Notes under the pieces: generated by a model
The model's database searches: none
Told to the model about the DNA's origin: nothing
The model's input: the letters and a program-made list of their open reading frames with translations, nothing else
Part shown: positions 20,895-29,078 of the stretch, in pieces
Numbering within the stretch: position 1 is the stretch's first letter
Layout of the letters: the number at the start of each line of letters is the position of its first letter
Position numbers and translations under genes: made by a program
Assembly (NCBI GenBank): GCA_934096015.1
Contig: CAKOLD010000001.1
Span: 27,069-91,068 of the forward strand
From: an uncultured Bacilli bacterium
GTDB taxonomy: Bacteria; Bacillota_I; Bacilli_A; RF39; UBA660
Direction: 5' to 3'
Length of the DNA: 64,000 nucleotides

Positions 20895-21725
20895 CTACTT
20901 TATTAAATCATGACTTTGTAATTTTGTAATTAGAGAAGATCTGTCTGTATAACCACTTATACAATCAATTGTCTTACCCTTTTGCGTTATTATAGTTAAT
21001 GGAGTTCCAAAACCATCAGATAACAATGACTCTTTTCCTGAAGAATTACATTGAGCAGGAATTTTTAATCCAAGATCCATTATCTTCTTATATTCAGAAG
21101 CATCATAACTATCAGAATCAAAATAATAAATATCTAAATTATATTTTTCTGCAACTGCATTGTAAACTGGTTTAAATATATTACAATAATAACATGTATC
21201 TCTACCAAAAACAGCAACAGTAATATTTTTACTCTTGACTAACTTACTATATTCATCAGCTGTATTTAAAACTTTATAAGATTTATTATCATCATTAAAA
21301 GTTGCATTATAGTATGCATCAACAGAATTTATCAAAGTTTTTTCTTTAGAATCTTCAGCTAAAACTTTTTGATTATCTCCTGCTACTAAAAATACATATC
21401 CATTATCAGTACCAATTTTGTTTAATTCTTCTTTAGTTAAATCTGAACTACTTATACTGTAAATACTATAATCTGAAGCATAGTCACTCTTAATACCTTT
21501 TTTTTCAACATTTTTTAAAGTACTTGCTACATCCTGTTTAAAAGAATCATTATCCAAATCTCCAACATATACTAATGCATTTTCTCCATTCTTAACAATA
21601 TCTAAATACTTATCGTAAGTAATTTTTTCAATTTTTACTGAACCAAAATAATCAATCATTATTGGTAACATTACAATCAAAACAATTACTAATACAATAA
21701 TCCATGTTTTACTCTTGTTTTTCAT
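20895..21725 (-). CDS. membrane-anchored thioredoxin-like protein (CxxC = CYYC)
   Basis: N-terminal TM anchor. C-terminal segment VAVFGRDTCYYCNIFKPVYNAV has thioredoxin-fold CXXC context. 276 aa. Confidence 0.55.
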   Translation of the reverse strand: MKNKSKTWIIVLVIVLIVMLPIMIDYFGSVKIEKITYDKYLDIVKNGENALVYVGDLDNDSFKQDVASTLKNVEKKGIKSDYASDYSIYSISSSDLTKEELNKIGTDNGYVFLVAGDNQKVLAEDSKEKTLINSVDAYYNATFNDDNKSYKVLNTADEYSKLVKSKNITVAVFGRDTCYYCNIFKPVYNAVAEKYNLDIYYFDSDSYDASEYKKIMDLGLKIPAQCNSSGKESLLSDGFGTPLTIITQKGKTIDCISGYTDRSSLITKLQSHDLIK

Positions 21726-21920
21726 TTATATAACCTCCTTATTTACATTTTAAACTTTTTTTTATAAATAATCAACAATTTATAAAGCTTTTTTCAGAAT
21801 AAAAAAGTAAACGTTTTATTAGCGAATAAAATACTATTCACATTACTTCATTTACTTTCTTTACTAATCATCTAAAATAAAATGTTATATATATTCGAAA
21901 TCTCGAGTTAAATATCAATT

Positions 21921-22273
21921 TGGTGGAGCCGAGCGGAATCGAACCGCTGTCCAAAATAACTTCAAAATAACGTCTACAGGTTTAGTTAGAATTAAAATTT
22001 CATTAATAAAAAAGTATCTAACAAACTATTTATTAACTAAGTTTATAAATTATTCATTTTTTAATCTAAACAAATTAAAAAATATATCTTGTATATATGA
22101 ACCAAATATTAATCTACAAGAAAACCAATATTCAGCGCCAAAATTGCTAAATTAAGCAAATGCTAAGGCAGTATTATAATTATTGTCAGTTAATTTAAAC
22201 TGTGCTACTTAGGATTAGCTACCACCTGCAATTAAATCAAAACATTATTCTGTCGAAACCAATAAACGGCCCC
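21921..22273 (-). ncRNA. ssrA: tmRNA (ssrA), about 353 nt
   Basis: Minus strand 5' end is GGGGCCGUUUAUUGGUUUCGACAG. The 3' end GGUUCGAUUCCGCUCGGCUCCACCA gives a tRNA-Ala-like acceptor/T-arm. The internal tag reading frame GCA CAG UUU AAA UUA ACU GAC AAU AAU UAU AAU ACU GCC UUA GCA UUU GCU UAA gives the tag AQFKLTDNNYNTALAFA. Confidence 0.85.
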
Positions 22274-22303
22274 ATGCACAAAATTCTAGCACAATAACTA
22301 TTT

Positions 22304-22633
22304 TTATTCAACTATCTTAATAATATACTCCCCATCTTTTGAATATAAATACTTTTCTCTGGCATATTTTGCAATATAATCTGGATCTTGAAGCTTACTT
22401 ACTTCTTTTTCAAGTAGATCTTTTTTCTCCACTAAAGCAGCATATTTATTCTCTAATTCTTTTTTTTCTTTATACTTATCTAAAATTTTTCCCCAATAAA
22501 TAATTGTAACATAACCACTATAAATTAAAAAAGCACAAAAAGCCAAGAATAATAAAGACATTCTTCTAATAGCACCTTTGTTAGTTCTTTTTTTCATAAT
22601 CCTATGCTCCTCATTATTATGATAATAACACAA
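22304..22633 (-). CDS. divIC: septum formation initiator FtsB/DivIC family
   Basis: Single TM segment followed by a coiled-coil KELENKYAALVEKKDLLEKEVSKLQDPDYIAKYAREK. It sits downstream of the yabP and yabQ homologs, as in the B. subtilis yabP-yabQ-divIC operon. Confidence 0.6.
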   Translation of the reverse strand: MCYYHNNEEHRIMKKRTNKGAIRRMSLLFLAFCAFLIYSGYVTIIYWGKILDKYKEKKELENKYAALVEKKDLLEKEVSKLQDPDYIAKYAREKYLYSKDGEYIIKIVE

Positions 22634-22645
22634 TAATTATAATAT

Positions 22646-22900
22646 TCAATTATTTTTGTTGAATTTTACAGAAAATTTTACATAAGATTCTCCAAATACA
22701 AAACCTATTATTAACAAAATTTTATTATAAATATGAATATCAGCATAATTAAATTTATAAAAACAAAAAACAAATAATAAAGTAATTACCAAAAAATAAC
22801 CAATTTTTAAAAAAATTTTTTTTCTTCTCAGAAGACGATATATTATTCCGCAAACAAGGCCATAAAAAAATGAAAATAATAAATAAGCAAATTGCGTCAT
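22646..22900 (-). CDS. yabQ: YabQ-like small membrane protein (spore cortex biogenesis)
   Basis: 84 aa with about 3 TM helices. Positioned between the yabP and divIC homologs. Confidence 0.45.
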   Translation of the reverse strand: MTQFAYLLFSFFYGLVCGIIYRLLRRKKIFLKIGYFLVITLLFVFCFYKFNYADIHIYNKILLIIGFVFGESYVKFSVKFNKNN

Positions 22901-23184
22901 TATTTAAATAATTTACTAAATACAGATGATTCTTTTATACTATCTGAATCTAAATAATTTATCATATTAATTTTACCTTTTATTGAAACATTTCCTTCTA
23001 AAGTATCTAATTTTATCATTTCTAATGATTCTCCTTTTATTATCATCAATCCCATAGTTGTATCTAAAGAAAATTCTTTATCATCAAAATTATTAATTTT
23101 TTTTACTCCAGATAAAACTATATTTTTTCTTTCATTTATTTTTACAACATGATTAAAGTTTCCTACATCCATTATTTTATCCAT
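22900..23184 (-). CDS. yabP: sporulation protein YabP
   Basis: The motif VLSGVKKINNFDDKEFSLDTTMGLMIIKGESLEMIKLDTLEGNVSIKG resembles the YabP family. Its start overlaps the yabQ stop. Confidence 0.65.
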   Translation of the reverse strand: MDKIMDVGNFNHVVKINERKNIVLSGVKKINNFDDKEFSLDTTMGLMIIKGESLEMIKLDTLEGNVSIKGKINMINYLDSDSIKESSVFSKLFK

Positions 23185-23249
23185 AAATAGTCCTCCTATT
23201 AAAGTATATTATTATATAAAAAAAAAATTCGTTAATTATAACGAATAAT

Positions 23250-23531
23250 TTATTCAGAATCTTTTTTATTATATTCTTCAAATATTGCATCTTCAAACAT
23301 TTTACGTGCATCTGGATTTATAGGATGAACGATATCTCTATATTCTCCAACTGGTGTTTTCTTGCTTGGCATTGCAATAAATAAACCATTATCTCCTTCA
23401 ATAATTCTAATATCATGTACTGCAAAAGATTCATCTAAAACTACAGATGCAATCCCTTTCATACGTGATCCTTCCTTGTCATACTTACGAACAATTACAG
23501 ATGTAATTTTCATAACACTCACTCCTCTCAA
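23250..23531 (-). CDS. spoVG: septation/stage V sporulation protein G
   Basis: MKITSVIVRKYDKEGSRMKGIASVVLDESFAVHDIRIIEGDNGLFIAMPS is a classic SpoVG sequence. Confidence 0.9.
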   Translation of the reverse strand: MRGVSVMKITSVIVRKYDKEGSRMKGIASVVLDESFAVHDIRIIEGDNGLFIAMPSKKTPVGEYRDIVHPINPDARKMFEDAIFEEYNKKDSE

Positions 23532-23577
23532 GTTTATCTAAATTAATTTTACATAAAATATAATTAAAAATCAAGTG

Positions 23578-23787
23578 TTAAATATAATATAGTGAAATAT
23601 CTTTAATTAACACTTCTGAAAAAGAAAAACTTTTAGTTTCTACTCCATCAGATACAGTAAATATATTGGGATATATACCATTAATTATCCCAACAAAAAC
23701 ATCAGATTTATTTCGACAACATTTGGTTACTACTTTTACTCTTTTACCAAGATTTTCTTTCATATCATTTCTTATATCTTCTATCAT
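23578..23787 (-). CDS. veg: Veg protein (biofilm/stationary-phase small protein)
   Basis: IEDIRNDMKENLGKRVKVV...GRNKS..VGII.G.YPNIF.V resembles the Veg family. 69 aa. Confidence 0.75.
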   Translation of the reverse strand: MIEDIRNDMKENLGKRVKVVTKCCRNKSDVFVGIINGIYPNIFTVSDGVETKSFSFSEVLIKDISLYYI

Positions 23788-24554
23788 GATCTCGGATAGC
23801 CCACATACATCATTCCATTAGATTTTAAGCCACCCATACCATCCTTTCCATATTTAGTTTTTTCTAACATTTCAATTAAATTAACTTCCTTATTTTTTTC
23901 AGTTAATGCAACTGTAACTGCAATAATTGCAGGATCTAATGCATGAATATTAATCCTTTTAGGACTTGAAGCATAATTAGCACCACTTTTTATCAATTCT
24001 TCATAATCACTCTGGCAAGCTCCTGCTATAACTACTAACTTTTCATGACTCTTCTCATAAATTCTGGCATTTTTTACAGACTTAACAAAATTTAAACTAT
24101 TTTTATAATTTGTAATGTCATCCACATCACCTTTTTTTCTATAATATGCATCATGACCAGTAATAATAACTATATCAGGGTGATATTGTTCTAAATAATT
24201 TATTATTTTACTAGGTAGCTCAGACTCCTTAATTGCTTTGCCAACAGCCATAACACCTGCCTTTTTATAAAATTCTAAGCACCTATTCAAATATTCTTTA
24301 TCACCATCAAAATGTAAAATTTTAGCTGGCAAATAAAAATAATCGTCCCTTTCAGAATATAAATCAACTATTTCAAACTCATCTTCTTTTCTTTCATAAT
24401 CTACAAGCTCCAAATCAGTTAAAAAACTATCTGCAAATAAGCGAACATCTACACCTTTTAAATAATAAATATTATTTTTTATATTAATTACTTTAAATAC
24501 AGTATCATTATTGTAACTATTTCTAGTTACGTAATCTCCCTTTTTTATTTCCAT
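23784..24554 (-). CDS. yabG: sporulation-specific protease YabG (peptidase U57)
   Basis: IKKGDYVTRNSYNNDTVFKVINI...YHPDIVIITGHDAYY matches YabG. Conserved position ksgA-yabG-veg. Confidence 0.75.
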   Translation of the reverse strand: MEIKKGDYVTRNSYNNDTVFKVINIKNNIYYLKGVDVRLFADSFLTDLELVDYERKEDEFEIVDLYSERDDYFYLPAKILHFDGDKEYLNRCLEFYKKAGVMAVGKAIKESELPSKIINYLEQYHPDIVIITGHDAYYRKKGDVDDITNYKNSLNFVKSVKNARIYEKSHEKLVVIAGACQSDYEELIKSGANYASSPKRINIHALDPAIIAVTVALTEKNKEVNLIEMLEKTKYGKDGMGGLKSNGMMYVGYPRS

Positions 24555-24598
24555 TTACCCACCACTTAATTTTATTACACTTAAAAAAAAAAATTCCT

Positions 24599-25375
24599 CT
24601 ATAAGGAATTTGTTAAATCTACAAAAAATTCTAACGGTAACATTTCAGCACGATCATTTAAAGAAAATCCATAATTGTGTAATACTTTTTCTACTATATT
24701 TAAATCATAATCAAATAAATTATTTTTTAAATTTTTTCTTTTAAAACGAAAAGAATCATAAATTACTTTCTTTAATTTTTCTACATTAGTATCAGCTAAG
24801 TTTGTTTTTCTGTCTAATTTTACAACCGCACTATCAACACCAGGAACTGGATAAAAACTATTTTTGTTAACAAAAAATAAATATTCTCTTTCAAAAAAAT
24901 AATCTAATAATACGGTAAAAGCTGCGTAATCTTTATTTCCTGGTTGACTACATAATCTTCTAGCCACCTCATCCTGAACCATAACAACAACTTTTGAAAA
25001 TATATTTAAACTCATAACTTTTTCTAAAATTGGAGTTGTAATATAATAAGGCAAATTAGCAACCATTATTAATTCATCATAACTATAGCCTCCTATATCA
25101 TGCAATACATCAGCTTTCATAAAATCATTAATAACATAGTTAAAATTATCATTTTTAATTAAATTTAATTTAGATTTTAAAGTTTCATCCACTTCATAGG
25201 AAAAAACCTGAAAATTTTTCTCTAATAACTTTTTAGTTAAAGCTCCATCTCCTGCTCCAACTTCAATAACCAGATAATTTCTATCGTTTTCAATACTATT
25301 AACTATATTATCAAGCACTTTTTCATCTCTTAAAAAATTTTGACCATATTTCTTTTTAAATCTAAAATTTTCCAT
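24599..25375 (-). CDS. rsmA: 16S rRNA (adenine1518/1519-N6)-dimethyltransferase RsmA/KsgA
   Basis: FRFKKKYGQNFLRDEKVLDNIV...VIEVGAGDGALT is the KsgA signature. Confidence 0.9.
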   Translation of the reverse strand: MENFRFKKKYGQNFLRDEKVLDNIVNSIENDRNYLVIEVGAGDGALTKKLLEKNFQVFSYEVDETLKSKLNLIKNDNFNYVINDFMKADVLHDIGGYSYDELIMVANLPYYITTPILEKVMSLNIFSKVVVMVQDEVARRLCSQPGNKDYAAFTVLLDYFFEREYLFFVNKNSFYPVPGVDSAVVKLDRKTNLADTNVEKLKKVIYDSFRFKRKNLKNNLFDYDLNIVEKVLHNYGFSLNDRAEMLPLEFFVDLTNSL

Positions 25376-25400
25376 ATTTATAAAATAGAAACAAGCTAGC

Positions 25401-25955
25401 TTAACTTGTTTCTATATTCCTTTCCCATCCATATCTTAAAATATCATATGTTATTTGACGTCTTCCAATCGAATAAGCTTCATTAGAACTACCAACTAAT
25501 AAATCAATAGCGTTTCCAACAACACCTCTATCAAGTACAATCGCTACTTGTTTTTCAGAAAAAACATCAGTTTGAAATTGAATAATTGATCCACAAGGCA
25601 AATTACTACTTGATGCCACTATTTTTACTGTTCCGTAGCTCTTATCAACATAAGTTGTTGTTCCATCCAAAACATTTTGTCCAGTACAACCTAAAGTACC
25701 ACCACATAACGGACAATTTGCTAAATATCCTGTTAAATCTCCAACATACGTATCAAGCACATAAAATTTATCATTCATTTGAATCTCATTAATTTTAATA
25801 GCCATAGCATGTAAATCTAAAGTTTTATTTAAATTAACATTAGTAGCCATTTTATTTTCTTTTGTTATACTAACTTTAGAAAGAGTTAATACTAAACAGA
25901 ATATACAAAAAAATTTACTAAATTTTAATATTTTTTTCATTATCTTTGTTATCAT
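25401..25955 (-). CDS. 3D-domain (RlpA-like double-psi beta-barrel) secreted protein, YabE/YocH-like
   Basis: N-terminal signal/TM. C-terminal LPCGSIIQF...VLDRGVVGNAIDL is a 3D-domain motif. Confidence 0.55.
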   Translation of the reverse strand: MITKIMKKILKFSKFFCIFCLVLTLSKVSITKENKMATNVNLNKTLDLHAMAIKINEIQMNDKFYVLDTYVGDLTGYLANCPLCGGTLGCTGQNVLDGTTTYVDKSYGTVKIVASSSNLPCGSIIQFQTDVFSEKQVAIVLDRGVVGNAIDLLVGSSNEAYSIGRRQITYDILRYGWERNIETS

Positions 25956-25978
25956 TAAACATCACTAAAGTAATAATA

Positions 25979-26761
25979 TCATAACCCAATTTCTATGTCA
26001 AAAATTTCCTTAACATTTTTATTAGTAATTCTTGCTATTTCATCTAAAGAAACGTCAAATAAATTCGCTAAAAATAAAGCAATTATTTTTATGTTTTTTG
26101 GACTATTTTGAGAACCACGATAAGGAACTGGTGCTAAAAAAGGTGAATCAGTTTCTAACACCAAGTGTTCTAAACCTACTTTCTTTATAACATCTTTAAG
26201 ATTACAGTTTTTAAAAGTTATTACTCCATTAATTCCAAGTTTATAACCCATTTTTACGTACAACATAGCTGTTTCGTAACTGCCATTAAAACAATGAATA
26301 ACTCCTTTAAGATTATATTTTTTTAATATATTTATAGTATCCTGTGTTGCTTCTCTAGAATGTATTACCACAGGATAATTATATTTTTGAGCCAAGTCTA
26401 ATTGATACTCAAATAACTTTATTTGTTCTTTTTTATTATTTTTATCATGATAATAATCTAAACCAATTTCACCTATAGCAATTATTTTACTAGTACTTAT
26501 ATTTTTAATAATGTTGTCTAAAACACTATAATCTTCAAAAACATTATCAGGATGAATTCCAAGACACCCATATATATTTTCATAAGTTTCTGATAATTTT
26601 AAAACTTCTCCAATAGAACTTATATTATCTGATGCAACAAAAAATTTATTAACATCATTTTTAAAAGCTTCAAACAAAACCGGTTCTAAATTATTATAAT
26701 ATTCATTATATAGATGACAATGAGTATCAATAAATTTATAATTCATACTATTCATTTTCAA
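25979..26761 (-). CDS. tatD: TatD-family metal-dependent DNase/hydrolase
   Basis: FIDTHCHLY...GEIGLDY...VIHSR... are TatD motifs. Immediately downstream of metG, as with B. subtilis yabD. Confidence 0.85.
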   Translation of the reverse strand: MKMNSMNYKFIDTHCHLYNEYYNNLEPVLFEAFKNDVNKFFVASDNISSIGEVLKLSETYENIYGCLGIHPDNVFEDYSVLDNIIKNISTSKIIAIGEIGLDYYHDKNNKKEQIKLFEYQLDLAQKYNYPVVIHSREATQDTINILKKYNLKGVIHCFNGSYETAMLYVKMGYKLGINGVITFKNCNLKDVIKKVGLEHLVLETDSPFLAPVPYRGSQNSPKNIKIIALFLANLFDVSLDEIARITNKNVKEIFDIEIGL

Positions 26762-27080
26762 TTCTCTGAAATAAAATTTCTGGCTTTTTCAAAAGTGTAC
26801 CTGATTTATAATTACCAAATTCTTTTGCACTATCGTATGTTTTTAAATTACAATTTATTAAATCAAAAATTTTCTCAGCAGTATCTGGCAAAAAAGGTTG
26901 TAAATATACCGTACATATTCTAATTGATTCAATAAGATTGTACAATACAGTTTTTAATCTATCCGCCATATTTTCATCTTTTGCCAACAGCCAAGGAGTT
27001 GTTTCATCTATATATTTATTACAGCTTCTTAAGCAAAAAAATACTTCATCAATTGCTTCAGAAATTTTTAATTTATCCAT
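26748..27080 (-). CDS. metG: methionyl-tRNA synthetase, C-terminal anticodon-binding fragment (separated from the catalytic part by an in-frame TAA)
   Basis: SCNKYIDETTPWLLAKDEN aligns to the MetRS anticodon-binding helix bundle. It is in the same frame as 27126..28280. Confidence 0.65.
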   Translation of the reverse strand: MDKLKISEAIDEVFFCLRSCNKYIDETTPWLLAKDENMADRLKTVLYNLIESIRICTVYLQPFLPDTAEKIFDLINCNLKTYDSAKEFGNYKSGTLLKKPEILFQRIENE

Positions 27081-27125
27081 TTTGTTTTTAAAATGATTAG
27101 GTAACTCTAAAATTTTACATTTTAA

Positions 27126-28280
27126 TTATTCATCAATAGGTAAAGAAACATTTTTATTTTCTACAATCCCATCAAAATATTTATAACTCATTGAGATAGT
27201 TCTATTAACCAAATTTCCCAATATATTTGCTAAATCAGAATTATTTCTTTCTATTATCAAATCTTCTGTAATAACTCCATCATCTGCAAAAGGAATTTCA
27301 TGAAGTACAAAATATCTTATAGTATCTACCCCATATTTATTAACCAACTCATCAGCATACAAAATATTTCCTTTACTTTTGCTCATTTTGTCACCACCAG
27401 AAAGTAACCACGGATGTCCAAAAACTTGTTTAGGTAAAGGTAAATCCAAAGCCATTAAAATTATTGGCCAATAAATAGTATGAAATCTAATAATATCTTT
27501 ACCAATTAAATGTAAATCCGCAGGCCATAATTTTTTGAATTCATCAGTAATAGAATCAGTATCATATCCAATATTAGTAATATAATTAGTAAGCGCATCT
27601 AACCAAACATAGATAATATGTTTTTTATCAAAAGTTACTGGGATCCCCCATTTAAAAGAAGTTCTAGATACACATAAATCTTGCAAACCAGGTTTTAAAA
27701 AATTATTAATCATTTCGTTCTTTCTTGATTCTGGTTGTATAAATTCATTGTGATTTTCAATATATTCAATTAACCTGTCTTGATACTTTGATAATTTAAA
27801 AAAATAAGCTTCTTCACTCTTTTTACTTACATCACGTCCACAATCAGGGCATTTACCATTAATTAATTGAGTTTCTGTAAAAAATGATTCACAAGGAACA
27901 CAATACCATCCTTCATATTTTGATAAATAAATATCTCCTTGTTCATATAATTTATTAAATATTTTTTGAACTTTTTCTTCATGTTGTTTATCAGTAGTCC
28001 TAACAAAACGATTATAAGTTGTATTCATTAAATCCCAAATATTCTTAATTTCATCAGCAACTTTATCCACATATGTTTGTGGTGTTACACCAGCTTCTTT
28101 TGCTTTTAATTCAATTTTTTCTCCATGTTCATCAGTACCAGTCTGAAAATAAACGTCATATCCTTCTAATCTCTTATTTCTTGCTATAGCATCTGCCAAA
28201 ACTATTTCATATGTATTACCAATATGTGGTTTACTAGATGTATAAGCTATTGCAGTAGAAATATAATATTTTTCTTTCAT
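27126..28280 (-). CDS. metG: methionyl-tRNA synthetase, catalytic N-terminal portion (HIGH and KMSKS motifs)
   Basis: PHIGNTYEIVLADAIAR is the HIGH region. Zn knuckle CPDCG. KMSKSKGN. It ends with TAA at 27126-27128, 15 codons before the in-frame downstream fragment. Confidence 0.85.
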   Translation of the reverse strand: MKEKYYISTAIAYTSSKPHIGNTYEIVLADAIARNKRLEGYDVYFQTGTDEHGEKIELKAKEAGVTPQTYVDKVADEIKNIWDLMNTTYNRFVRTTDKQHEEKVQKIFNKLYEQGDIYLSKYEGWYCVPCESFFTETQLINGKCPDCGRDVSKKSEEAYFFKLSKYQDRLIEYIENHNEFIQPESRKNEMINNFLKPGLQDLCVSRTSFKWGIPVTFDKKHIIYVWLDALTNYITNIGYDTDSITDEFKKLWPADLHLIGKDIIRFHTIYWPIILMALDLPLPKQVFGHPWLLSGGDKMSKSKGNILYADELVNKYGVDTIRYFVLHEIPFADDGVITEDLIIERNNSDLANILGNLVNRTISMSYKYFDGIVENKNVSLPIDE

Positions 28281-28283
28281 TTA

Positions 28284-28530
28284 AATTTCTCCTTCCATAA
28301 TAAAAAACATGAACAAAAGGACGAAAAAATTCCGCGATACCACCTTTATTCATGTTTTAGCATGCTCTCAAATTTTTAACGCAATTAACGATTTAAACTC
28401 CAGAACCATGTTCATTGTTTTTTTATAATTCTCTTTCACCATTTAAGAACTCTCTAAATATAAAGCCACAATTACTCTTTCCTTCTTCGTCTAACAAGTG
28501 TATTCTAACATAATATTATTTTTTATACAA
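28284..28530 (-). promoter_or_regulatory. T-box riboswitch leader (Met specifier) upstream of metG
   Basis: Minus-strand T-box sequence AAAGGUGGUAUCGCGGAA (plus 28330-28348). Intrinsic terminator ACAUGAAUAAAGG...CCUUUUGUUCAUGU plus U-run overlaps the antiterminator. AG-box GAAAGAGUA. Candidate specifier AUG-A in CAAUGAACAUGG. Confidence 0.7.
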
Positions 28531-28532
28531 CA

Positions 28533-29039
28533 TTAATTTACTAACAAATTTAATACATTCGACAATAACAAATGAACATCAGTTGTTAAAATTTCTTTTA
28601 CCCTAATCATTATTAAACCTAACACACAACCGTCATCAATAACGCATTTAACATACACTTTACCACTTAAAAAATAATCTTCACAAATATCTATACCACT
28701 AGGATAATCCTCAGACTTATATTCCTTTGCCAATTCAATTAACACATTTGAAACTTTTTTATTAATAATTGATTTATCAATTCCGTCACTGCAAGCTACA
28801 ATTTTCTCTTCACTTACAAATATTAAATCATAATCTGATATATGCTCAAATAAATCTATTAACTCTCTCATTTTATTTATATCTAATAAATTCTTACTTT
28901 TAGTTATAATTAAATTGCCATTTTCCAGTTTCATATCTAAAAGTTCGCCAGAGTTAAAATTTAATTTATTTCTAAATTCTTTAGGAATAACTATTCTACC
29001 TAAATCATCTATATGACGTCTAAAACTAAAATGCATCAT
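28533..29039 (-). CDS. spoVT: SpoVT/AbrB-family transcriptional regulator (stage V sporulation protein T-like)
   Basis: N-terminus RRHIDDLGRIVIPKEFRNKLNFNSGELLDMKLENGNLIITK is a swapped-hairpin AbrB domain. A roughly 120 aa GAF-like C-terminal domain follows. It lies next to mfd, as in B. subtilis. Confidence 0.75.
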   Translation of the reverse strand: MMHFSFRRHIDDLGRIVIPKEFRNKLNFNSGELLDMKLENGNLIITKSKNLLDINKMRELIDLFEHISDYDLIFVSEEKIVACSDGIDKSIINKKVSNVLIELAKEYKSEDYPSGIDICEDYFLSGKVYVKCVIDDGCVLGLIMIRVKEILTTDVHLLLSNVLNLLVN

Positions 29040-29078
29040 TCACTCCATTCATATTTAGTTTAAATAGTTTTAGCTTTT

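Noticed and set aside
18247-22273. Integrated mobile element between tRNA-Cys and tmRNA
   Set aside because: There is no integrase, recombinase, transposase or phage gene, and no direct repeat of the tRNA 3' end or attachment-site duplication is visible. The gene content is envelope proteins. It is kept only as a low-interest synteny question.
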